Under the pieces are notes generated by a model, which saw nothing but the letters and a program-made list of their open reading frames with translations, was not told the DNA's origin and searched no databases. Below are positions 10,215-19,267 of a DNA stretch of 39,748 nt, one piece after another. Source of the stretch: Prochlorococcus marinus str. MIT 9215 (GTDB lineage Bacteria; Cyanobacteriota; Cyanobacteriia; PCC-6307; Cyanobiaceae). The DNA is taken from positions 1 through 39,748 of the forward strand of contig CATBLW010000002.1 in the NCBI GenBank assembly GCA_949486985.1. Direction: 5' to 3'. Position 1 is the stretch's first letter. Each line of letters begins with the position of its first letter. Made by a program: the position numbers and the translations under genes.

Positions 10215-10354
10215 GGTTGTGAATGTTGAGGGAAGGTGCCTGTTAAAAAAGAAAGATTGGCGATTGCTTAAGACGCTTTGGGAAAAAGCCGTTTTAGGTT
10301 TCGCCGTCGGTTAGGAGAAAGTAATTGGTCTGACTTGTTGTCAGCAGAAAAATG

Positions 10355-11233
10355 TCAGCCCACCGGAGTGATGCTGGCAATCTTCCCTCCTTCGCTATGG
10401 ATCCGCTTGTACTGCTCCGAGAGTTTGTCGAAGGGTACGTAGTAGACCCGGTTGGCCTTAGTGTATCGAGAGATACTTCTAAGGTTGTTGGAGCGATAGG
10501 CTGTGACTTCGACGCGATACGTCCGTCCTTCAGCACCAGCTCCTACACCCAGGCGAGCAGCAGCATCTTGAAGGTTGGCTGCTGGGCGGAAACTCCATCC
10601 TTGGTTTTCTGGTGAAGAAGGAGCAACCACCGGGATGGGGCGGTTTTGATAAGCCGCTCCTCCAAGCTTGGCGCTGTTACCAGCAAGGTCGCCTTTCAGG
10701 CTGCTGCTGCTGTTGCCACGGAGAAGCTGGAAAGACCAGGTGAACTCCTGCATGGTTGCGCAGCATTCAGTTTTCCAGCCCCGGTTGAATGGAACTGTCC
10801 ACTCACCAAAAGCATTCTGGTAGTCATCTGAATCGATAAAGCTGTCAATATCTGCCTCATAGCCTTTCGTGTCTAAGCGCTCTGCGTGATCCCTCAACTC
10901 CTGAAAATCAACAGGAGCCCGCCCAAGGAAATGACGAAAAGCAAGTTCTATATAGCGGTATCGCGAACAGGATTCAAAGAAGCGCGAGCGGTAGAGGTCG
11001 CTCTTGGCTATTCGGCGTACCAGTTCCCTGACGCTGATTTCACCTAGCTTGAATTGAGATTCGGCGATGAGCTGACGCTCGCTCTCCATCACGTATGCAT
11101 TGCCCAGCACTTGCCGGTAAACGCCTGTGATGACTTGCTCTTTCTTGGCGTCGTTATCGCCAGGAATCAACTCCATTGGGGAATCACTGTCGAAGCGCTC
11201 GACACCCAACAGGGAAGCTGGACCGAAAGACAT
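10355..11233 (-). CDS. cpeC: phycoerythrin-associated rod linker, CpeC-like
   Basis: 292 aa with one PBS-linker domain (ITGVYRQVLGNAYVMESER...RYIELAFRHFLGRAPVDFQELRDHAERLDTKGYEADIDSFIDSDDYQNAFGEWTVPF) and a CpcD-like C-terminus (HSEGGKIASITPVG). It is the first gene of the linker operon. Confidence 0.85.
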   Translation of the reverse strand: MSFGPASLLGVERFDSDSPMELIPGDNDAKKEQVITGVYRQVLGNAYVMESERQLIAESQFKLGEISVRELVRRIAKSDLYRSRFFESCSRYRYIELAFRHFLGRAPVDFQELRDHAERLDTKGYEADIDSFIDSDDYQNAFGEWTVPFNRGWKTECCATMQEFTWSFQLLRGNSSSSLKGDLAGNSAKLGGAAYQNRPIPVVAPSSPENQGWSFRPAANLQDAAARLGVGAGAEGRTYRVEVTAYRSNNLRSISRYTKANRVYYVPFDKLSEQYKRIHSEGGKIASITPVG

Positions 11234-11716
11234 AGAGAGGTCTCGAATGGCGTCCGGACATCATCAGATAAATTTGCAGCCGCCGGCACTAATCTTTATA
11301 AACCTAAATCACGTTGCATGGTCAGCCTGAGGGAACGATTCGTCTGGGCGGCATCTCTAGGAATTGATCGCTCAACACTCGTCGATTCCATTAAGGCATT
11401 CTCTAGATGCTTTGGCAATATTCCATTACTGCAATTCCTATTAGCGCAAGAGCATTTTGATTCATGCTGGCGTGCTTAAAGCTATTCCAGTAACTGGTGA
11501 ATTGAGCTTTTGGCCTATCCAATTCGCCTAGCCAAAAGAGCCCGATCTATGGGGTTGAAACGAAGAAGAGGTTCCGTTGGTGTTGTTGTCTAATGCAAGA
11601 AATAATTTGGTAGGCCAGAGGACCTTGTTGGTTTTAATTAGGTGAATCACTTGCTTTTTAAAATAGAGACTGGTTGGACAGCCCTAAGTAACATTATTGA
11701 TTGGTATAAAAATCGA

Positions 11717-11748
11717 CAAAAAAAAGAGCGGATTATTAATCCGCTCTT
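11717..11748 (-). terminator. rho-independent terminator after mpeA
   Basis: On the minus strand the stem is AAGAGCGGAT / ATCCGCTCTT (11748-11739 with 11733-11724), followed by a T-run (plus-strand A-run 11718-11725). It lies about 35 nt downstream of the mpeA stop. Confidence 0.8.
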
Positions 11749-11784
11749 GAATTTGACTTAATTGGTCTTTAGATCAAAAAATGA

Positions 11785-12288
<504 letters not shown>

Positions 12289-12324
12289 TTAGGTAGTGAA
12301 TGTTGAAGTGAGGTTGAAGCAGGT

Positions 12325-12873
<549 letters not shown>

Positions 12874-13001
12874 TCAGTGGAAAGTGCGACAAAGGAGAGA
12901 TGCATTGCGCATCCGCCATCAGACAGTACCCTCACCTTTCCAAACCAATTCGAGAGCTTGTGGCTTTGTATACAGAAGTTCGCAATGCGCCATATTTGGA
13001 C

Positions 13002-14204
13002 TTATTGCGACAGAACCTTAAGGACCCTTCTGCAAGACCATTTTAATGGTACCCAGCCGGCAGACCCTGCGAGAGCCTCGATATGAGGAACCTGGTCTCT
13101 GAGTTCAAGGTTGAGACAGCCCCATACGGCAGCAATCCTTGACTTTGTGTATTGCGGGTCTGTTTGGGCCAATGAGGAGCGAATGATGTCACTGCGCTCT
13201 TCGAGCTTCATCAAACCGACGCAGCTCGTCAGCAAATAATGGATTCCATAGTCAGAACCCAAGCGATTTTTTAAGTCGTCAATAATCTCCAGCGCAGACG
13301 AGGGTTGCATCTGCATGAGTGTTCTTGCTGCCCCATATTGCTTGGCTTCATCGCGATGTTGGAAATTTTGTTCGAGTTCGCCCGGATCTTCAGAGCATTC
13401 ACACTCTTTTGATAGGTCTAGAAGGGTTGGGTTGTCTTCTAAGAGCTGTTCTAGAAGTGAATCGAAGCTCCCTGGCGTTTGGTCGAGCTCTGCAAGCTCG
13501 ACAATCTCAAATGCGCTTTTCGCGCGCAGAGGCATAGAAACTGGTGCTCTGGCTAAGGCGTCTAGGCAATCCGGACTGCCTGCATCGCCTAGATCAATGA
13601 CTGCGGACCGCCTGCGGCCAGCATTGTCGTCATTCAGTTGCGCAATAAGAGGCTTAAGCAGTTCTGTACGACCTTCGATGCGTACTCCGTAGGCGCAGGC
13701 GGCACCAGCAACCAATGGATTTTCATCTTTCTCAAAATCCTTGATCGCATTTTGTGTGTCTTTAATCTTTAGGCGCGTGTGAGCTTGAATCACAGCGCGC
13801 TTCTGGTTGTCAGGTCCAAGGAGTGCTTTCAGAAGTAGGCCACGTTCCTCAACACCTAAAGGAACGTCGATTCTGGCGATGGCACTTGCGGCATTGACAA
13901 CGGTGGGCTCGTCAGTCGATGTCAATGCATTCAAGAGCACTGCAATCGCTTTGGCGTTCTTCCTACGACCTAAGGCGTCAATGGCTTTGCGCCTTGTGAT
14001 GCGCTCAAAGAGATCGTCACTATCTTTTTCGCACACACTTATAAGTAGATCGAGGGATTCCCTGGAATCGCTGGCTGCCAATCTTGATGCAGCCATATAC
14101 TTCAACCCAGGATTTCCCATTTCGGAAGGATCTTGGACAAGAAGTTCCATGGCTGACTGCTCTGTCAACCCTTCGAAAAGAGTGTCAAACCTTTCTTTCG
14201 TCAC
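13002..14204 (-). CDS. mpeY: MpeY-family HEAT-repeat PE-II bilin lyase (MpeY/MpeQ/MpeW/MpeZ cannot be told apart by eye)
   Basis: 400 aa with HEAT-like repeats (RRKAIDALGRRKNAKAIAVLLNALTSTDEPTVVNAASAIARI, RRRSAVIDLGDAGSPDCLDALA). Size and position (same strand, directly upstream of mpeBA) match mpeY in known rod regions. Confidence 0.75.
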   Translation of the reverse strand: MTKERFDTLFEGLTEQSAMELLVQDPSEMGNPGLKYMAASRLAASDSRESLDLLISVCEKDSDDLFERITRRKAIDALGRRKNAKAIAVLLNALTSTDEPTVVNAASAIARIDVPLGVEERGLLLKALLGPDNQKRAVIQAHTRLKIKDTQNAIKDFEKDENPLVAGAACAYGVRIEGRTELLKPLIAQLNDDNAGRRRSAVIDLGDAGSPDCLDALARAPVSMPLRAKSAFEIVELAELDQTPGSFDSLLEQLLEDNPTLLDLSKECECSEDPGELEQNFQHRDEAKQYGAARTLMQMQPSSALEIIDDLKNRLGSDYGIHYLLTSCVGLMKLEERSDIIRSSLAQTDPQYTKSRIAAVWGCLNLELRDQVPHIEALAGSAGWVPLKWSCRRVLKVLSQ

Positions 14205-15088
14205 AAGATCAGGGTATGAATGGCGATGTTTTTGCCTTCACGCACTTCAGGTAAAGTGTCATGGAAGCAAGCATTGATCATATTAGCTTTTAGCTCTCTA
14301 GACGAGCTCAGAAGCTTGCCTGGTTGTTTTTGTTGGCCCTAGATTAAGAAAGATTTTGATGCGCAAATTACGTGCCGTCAATTGGAATATTCGCTTTTTA
14401 TATCTTGACATTCTCTCGAGAAGCATGCCCTAATGATTGATCGCGCGAGAACAATGAGATCTCTTCTTGACGGGAATGATCTTTGGGTTAAATGGCATCA
14501 AATGTTTATGCAATCGCAAATTTAAGCAATAAGCATGATTCGGAATGATTGACGGCTTTGGCAATTCCTCTGGCCAAGATTTTTTTGGCTGAAGATTGGC
14601 TGGATGTGATTGCCTTCGCCACTTTGAAGGCTTGCCTCATCCCGAGTTAAAGATTTTGGCGCGTCTCTGGCTCAGGCCAGAATCATGATTTGAAGTTGGA
14701 TTGCAGAAGGCTTGGCCGTTAGCGATGGCCACATCATCAGTGTGAAATCTTGCCGAGCGATTGGTTCTGGATTTCAGCTCTGATAAATGATTTTGCTGAA
14801 ATAGATGGTTGATTGGTTTCTGTTCATAGTCGCCACGTTTGGGGCGAAGACCCCAGTTGCTTTTTAGAAGCTGCCGCTGAATACAACTGATCAATCAGGC
14901 TTGCCTGGATAGAAAGGGTGTCTTCCTTGGTTGTTTAATCACTTGCAGGCCTTTTGTGAGGCTTTGTGCCTCTGAAAAAGGCAGAGAATGGCTTTGATTT
15001 TTAGAAATGAGAAAGAATTTCGAACCTTCTTTCTGGCAATGTTCTCACCTGAGCTCTTGGCTGTCCCAGCCGCACACTGTTTCGAGGA

Positions 15089-16468
15089 TTATTTCCCGTC
15101 GAGCGCTTTTCTCATCCTTGCTTTTACAACAATGTCGGGCTCATTCTCTTCGGCCAATTTCATCGTAGACATGGCTTCTTCTGTCCCGATTTTTTCAATA
15201 GAAATCACCGAGCAATAGCGCATTCCCCAATCATCAGGCTTCTCTAGTAGCCAGTGCAGATTCTTGATGATCGAGGCTAATGTTTCTTGCTCTAATTCTG
15301 GATTTGTGATGTTTCCGAGAGCAAGAGTCGCGACACGTCTGAGTTTGCCCTGGCAGTGATCTGAAATCTCAAAATCGATTGCTTGCTCGAGTTGAGGAAG
15401 AGTTTTTGGATTGCCGACCGTTAGCATCACTTGAATAAGGCCTGCTTTGACATCCTGGTCGCCATGGGTATCAAATGCTTCTGTGATTAAATCTATATTG
15501 GCCATGCCGATTGCCGTTAGTTCCTTGATGGCTGCTGATTTATTTGTGTAATTGCCAGATTTTAAGTCATTGAATAGAGCAGCTAGGTGCTCCTCGCTAG
15601 GTTCAGAATCAAGGTTGTTCTCAAGATCGCTAATTAGGCTTTCTCTCTTTCCCATACCTTCTGACCATTGGATGTTGCCTTCGATGGCATCGGACAAGAG
15701 ATCCTCGATGGCTTGGAGCAAGTAATTGATTCGCGCTGGCTTCTCTTGTTGATTAGAGTCTGGTTCAAGCAAGATGGCTTCAAGGATTTGCTTGATGCTT
15801 ATCAGCTTCACATTATTAGATATGTTCGCATTAATGATTTTCTCTGCAGGCATGAATTGCTTGAGAGAGGCTAGGTCAAATGCTGCTGATTCCCTGATGT
15901 ATCTATTTTCATTGTTGAGGTTGCCTATCAGGATGTTCAGATAGCTCTCTTCGCCATTGATTCCAAAGAAGTAGGCTGCGGCTGTCCCCTTTAATCGCTC
16001 GGACTCATTCTTCAAGAATGGCTCGACGAGTTCTTTCGCATCCCAAGCTTTAAAGTGCGCAAGCGTTCCAATTAATACTTCATAGGGCTTGTCAATTCCT
16101 TCCGTCTGAAAGTACTGGATTAGGGCCTTTACAACGTCTTCATCATCAATAGCTTTAAGGGCAAGGATTATTGCCTCATGCAGCCTGAGATCTTGTTGTT
16201 TCAAAGCATCGATAAGAGCCGGGATGGCTGCTTTGTCTTGTATCAGTCCTAGAGATCTTGCGGCTTGTCGCCTTAATGGAAATCCACCTAAAGCGGTTTG
16301 ATCTTTTTTGTCATTTAAGCAGTCGCATAATAAAGGGACTGCTTTGATTGCCTTCTGATTGCCCAGCCACCATGCTGCGTGATAGCGGTTGCCTGCATCA
16401 GAGCTGTTTTGAATAATCGAAACAGCATCCTCCTCTGTATTAATAGAAGCAGGGGCTTGGTTTTGCAT
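15089..16468 (-). CDS. fused CpcE-like / CpcF-like bilin lyase (RpcG architecture), DHCQGK variant, paralogue of 25096-26505
   Basis: 459 aa. The N-terminus has the CpcE/PecE hallmarks RYHAAWWLG and GGFPLRRQAARSLGLIQDKAAIPALIDAL. The C-terminus is CpcF/PecF-like with DHCQGKLRRVATLALG (motif at 15344-15361) and DDWGMRYCSVISIEKIG. The start is a clean ATG. The gene is AT-rich (24/60 GC at 15601-15660). Confidence 0.8.
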   Translation of the reverse strand: MQNQAPASINTEEDAVSIIQNSSDAGNRYHAAWWLGNQKAIKAVPLLCDCLNDKKDQTALGGFPLRRQAARSLGLIQDKAAIPALIDALKQQDLRLHEAIILALKAIDDEDVVKALIQYFQTEGIDKPYEVLIGTLAHFKAWDAKELVEPFLKNESERLKGTAAAYFFGINGEESYLNILIGNLNNENRYIRESAAFDLASLKQFMPAEKIINANISNNVKLISIKQILEAILLEPDSNQQEKPARINYLLQAIEDLLSDAIEGNIQWSEGMGKRESLISDLENNLDSEPSEEHLAALFNDLKSGNYTNKSAAIKELTAIGMANIDLITEAFDTHGDQDVKAGLIQVMLTVGNPKTLPQLEQAIDFEISDHCQGKLRRVATLALGNITNPELEQETLASIIKNLHWLLEKPDDWGMRYCSVISIEKIGTEEAMSTMKLAEENEPDIVVKARMRKALDGK

Positions 16469-16627
16469 TGAATGGATTTTTTGTTGAGGACTGCAGCTAT
16501 GCGCCGCATAAGTGGCTTCGGGGATTGATTATCTGCATAGTTGAAAAACACACTTGCTATCGACTTGAATTTGATTCGCTAGATCCTGTTTAACTCTCGC
16601 GAACTTTATTTAGTCGCCTCTTCTTAT

Positions 16628-16653
16628 AAAGGGTGAGAAACCCTTTGAGTTTT
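16628..16653 (+). terminator. orphan terminator-like hairpin with no upstream plus-strand ORF (possible 3' end of a small RNA)
   Basis: Stem AAAGGGT (16628-16634) / ACCCTTT (16640-16646), loop GAGAA, then GAG and TTTTT (16649-16653). The only nearby gene upstream is on the opposite strand. Confidence 0.35.
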
Positions 16654-17240
16654 TAGTTTAGTTCTTAAAATGATGCAAGTCTCTTTAATGTGTAAATGTA
16701 TTTTGCATATAAAAGCTGATTCAACTCATCTCGTTGCTGATTCGAGTTTTTCTGTGTACATGCTGTGCTGCGTTGCAGCATGTCTGCGTTGCTGCTTAGC
16801 TGCGTCACCATTCGGCTGTATGTGTGTTGTGCTTCTTGGCCATGCTGTCTGGCTTTTGCAGTGTTTTCAATCAGCACCTGCTGAAAAAAAACTAAGTTTG
16901 CAGCATGAGGCTTATTCTAAGATTGGTTGACTTTTTTGTGAAAGAGCTGGCCTAACTTGCTGATGGCTAAGAGGTATTCCATTGATTGACATTGACATTC
17001 AAGCAGCTGGTTCTTGTTTTGAAAGGTTTTGGTCTCTAGCTAAAGATTCTGCTGCACCATTTGGCTAGATTCGTTGCCGTTGTCTTGATGGTAGTGAGTT
17101 GAATTGTTGAGTTCATCATTGGGTGTTTATTTTTCCTTGATGCCGATTGATTGATTTAAGAGAAATGACTTTGCTTTCTGCTTTGTGAGAGGCTGGCCGA
17201 CTAAGGGCTAGGATCTAAAGCGTGTAAAGACAATTCCACT

Positions 17241-17558
17241 ATGGGCGCTGAGAGTAGTGAAGCCAAGGATCTCTATCAATTCATAGAGATACATGCCAAT
17301 AATCTTGATAAGCAGAAGTTATTGCATTCAGCCTCTAATATTGATGATCTCAACAAGATCATTGGTGGAACGTCTATTCCTTTGACGGCTGCGGTTATCC
17401 CTTTGGAGCAAGCAACGCGGTCGCCAAAAATCTTAGTTGACTCTGGAGAGATGAATGAGGGAATCCCTTGGCGAATTCTTCGTTGCCCTGGAGGACCATT
17501 TGTCTTGCAGATAATTTGTGCTGATGCAAACTTTGCTCTTTGGTTTCAGGAATGTTGA
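17241..17558 (+). CDS. hypothetical protein, translationally coupled to the downstream Nif11 gene
   Basis: 105 aa with an ATG start. Its TGA stop (17556-17558) overlaps an ATG (17558-17560) of the next ORF. The N-terminal DLYQFIEIHANNLDKQKLLHSASNIDDLNKII is faintly Nif11-like, which is not a firm call. Confidence 0.5.
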   Translation: MGAESSEAKDLYQFIEIHANNLDKQKLLHSASNIDDLNKIIGGTSIPLTAAVIPLEQATRSPKILVDSGEMNEGIPWRILRCPGGPFVLQIICADANFALWFQEC

Positions 17559-18157
17559 TGACGCCATCTAGTGATTTGGAATCATTTTTGAATGCTGTCG
17601 TCCGTGATCATTCGATAGCAACAGGCCTAAAAGCATTGACTAGCCATCCTCAAATAGCAGCCTATGCTAAGACATGTGGATATGAATTTAGCTTGGCTGA
17701 ATGGGGGCGATATGTTGCTTCTGAAGCCTTGAACCTTTCCGATCAAGATCTCGGATATGTTATGGGCGCAGATGTAGATCACTGGACCTGGGCTTTCAAG
17801 CAAGTCGCCCTGTGGCGAGCTTTGCTCATGGATGGATCTAGAGCGAGTGACACGTCGTCAATCTCTAGTGTTGCTAATTCTTCTCAAGAGATCAGTAATC
17901 CAATGCTTGGAGCTGTTGATTCCAGCTCGGCCGCTTTAGCAGATGCACAGCAAGATTCCCAACTTGAGGCATTTGTGGCTTTTGCTAAGCAGGACTCTGC
18001 TGTTAAGGAGGAGATTAAAATGGCGACAAATGAAGTTGATGTGATCAGGATTGCTCAAGAGAATGGCTTCAGCTTTGATTCCAGGGCGATTTTGCGTCAG
18101 TGGAGCAAAGTTACCGATTTCTCAAGGCCTACTTGGTTCGGCTGGTTCGCTGAATAA
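17558..18157 (+). CDS. protein with two Nif11-type domains separated by a Ser-rich linker
   Basis: Domain 1 is LESFLNAVVRDHSIATGLKALTSHPQIAAYAKTCGYEFSLAEW. Domain 2 is LEAFVAFAKQDSAVKEEIKMATNEVDVIRIAQENGFSFDSRAI. Both fit the Nif11 pattern L..F...v..D..l...l......e.v..iA.e.Gf.fs..e. The start could be ATG 17552 or 17558. Confidence 0.7.
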   Translation: MTPSSDLESFLNAVVRDHSIATGLKALTSHPQIAAYAKTCGYEFSLAEWGRYVASEALNLSDQDLGYVMGADVDHWTWAFKQVALWRALLMDGSRASDTSSISSVANSSQEISNPMLGAVDSSSAALADAQQDSQLEAFVAFAKQDSAVKEEIKMATNEVDVIRIAQENGFSFDSRAILRQWSKVTDFSRPTWFGWFAE

Positions 18158-18272
18158 TTAAAATTTGCTCGAATACGTTTTTATTCACTCAAATGCTAAT
18201 ACTCGGCTCTTTAGCTTTTGCCTTTGAGCTGAGAGTTATGTTTTGAAGCCTGCTCTTCCCCTTGGTTGCTCT

Positions 18273-18983
18273 TCATTCTTTTGCAGTCATTCCTTCTTCA
18301 AGGCTGGTGCGTGTTGTCTGTCTCGTCAATGCATTCCAGCAGTCTAGTTCTTCGTAGGGTCGACTAAGTAAAGCAGCATGGTCTGAAGTGTTAATGCCAG
18401 TTGTTAATGAGAAATTTGCACCTTTGATTGATTCGACTCCAGTTATGTCTGCCTCGCTAAGATCGGCTCCTCTGAAGTCTGCATAATCAAGTTGGCAGCC
18501 TCCAAATCTTGTTTGCTTGCAAGAAGTTCCTCTTAGTAATGTACATCTCAAGTCAGAACCTGCTAGGCGGACGCCATCAAGAATGGAGCCACTGAGGTCA
18601 GCACCGCTGAGATAGCTTCCCATTAATATCGCTCCACGCAGATCCATGCCTCTTAGATCGGTGCAATTAAAAAATGCACCATTGAGCTTGGCTCCAGGTC
18701 CAATAGCCCCGCTGGAGCGAATATCGAACTCTTCTGGACATTTTGTGTTGTTGTCATATTTAGCCATTCGCAGATCCGCTTCGTTCATCACACATTGACT
18801 AAGATCCGCGCCTCTTAAATCTGTGCGGCATAGTTTGGCTTGACTGAGATCTCTGCTCCCAATCTGCAATCCCCGCCAATCAGCCCCTCTTGCGTCAACA
18901 GTCTTTGTTGATGTGTTGTCAGGCAAGCACCACTCCGGAGCAGACCAGTCGGCAAGGTTTAAAGCTTTTCTGCTTGCTTCCAA
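18273..18983 (-). CDS. pentapeptide-repeat protein
   Basis: 236 aa rich in A(D/N)LxG-type pentapeptide units (TDLRGADLSQ, TDLRGMDLRGAILMGSYLSGADLSGSILDGVRLAGSDLRCTLLRGTS, ADFRGADLSEADITG). The apparent start is TTG at 18983, so the N-terminus is uncertain. Confidence 0.8.
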   Translation of the reverse strand: MEASRKALNLADWSAPEWCLPDNTSTKTVDARGADWRGLQIGSRDLSQAKLCRTDLRGADLSQCVMNEADLRMAKYDNNTKCPEEFDIRSSGAIGPGAKLNGAFFNCTDLRGMDLRGAILMGSYLSGADLSGSILDGVRLAGSDLRCTLLRGTSCKQTRFGGCQLDYADFRGADLSEADITGVESIKGANFSLTTGINTSDHAALLSRPYEELDCWNALTRQTTRTSLEEGMTAKE

Positions 18984-19171
18984 AACAATATTTATTCAAG
19001 AACTCATTCTAGGACAATGGGTGTTCTTTAACTGTAAGCGGCAGTTGATTCGGATTAACTGTGATCCTACTCTGGTCACTATCGCTTGTTTCTTCGCTTG
19101 GCTACTTTTACTTGGGCTGTCTCGATATAACGAGACTATTGGTAATTGAATTGGTTTTGATTATCAACAAC

Positions 19172-19206
19172 CTTGCTTGCCAATGGCTATAGCTATGGCA
19201 AGCAGG
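19172..19206 (-). terminator. long hairpin downstream of cpcG2 (candidate terminator)
   Basis: 9-bp perfect stem TGCTTGCCA (19174-19182) / TGGCAAGCA (19196-19204), extendable by a G-U and a G-C pair. On the minus strand TTGTTGATAAT follows. There is no clean T-run. Confidence 0.4.
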
Positions 19207-19267
19207 ATTGAGTTTTAATCAAGTTGCTTCTGTCGTGGCTTTATAGGAATGCTTCTAGGTTTTGATC

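Noticed and set aside
13315-14277. 125-aa and 156-aa plus-strand ORFs antisense to mpeY
   Set aside because: They are Ser/Arg-rich shadow ORFs. The opposite strand encodes a full-length HEAT-repeat lyase.
14637-14894. 85-aa minus-strand ORF in the mpeY-upstream gap
   Set aside because: It is basic and low-complexity, has no domain and has no obvious translation signals. It lies within an otherwise frame-broken AT-rich stretch.
16670-16930. Cys-rich 86-aa ORF (MMQVSLMCKCILHI...CCVAACLRCCLAASPFGCMCVV) that looks like a possible peptide precursor
   Set aside because: The cysteines come from the GCTGC/TGC repeat DNA noted in the spacer. I spotted no ribosome-binding site, leader motif or modification enzyme nearby. 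I treat it as non-coding repeat or structure rather than a gene.
17558-18157. Nif11-domain proteins (also 24723-25049) as prochlorosin-like lanthipeptide precursors
   Set aside because: There is no Gly-Gly/Gly-Ala leader cleavage motif followed by a Cys/Ser/Thr-rich core. One protein has two full Nif11 domains. No LanM-type synthetase or peptidase-transporter gene is in the window.
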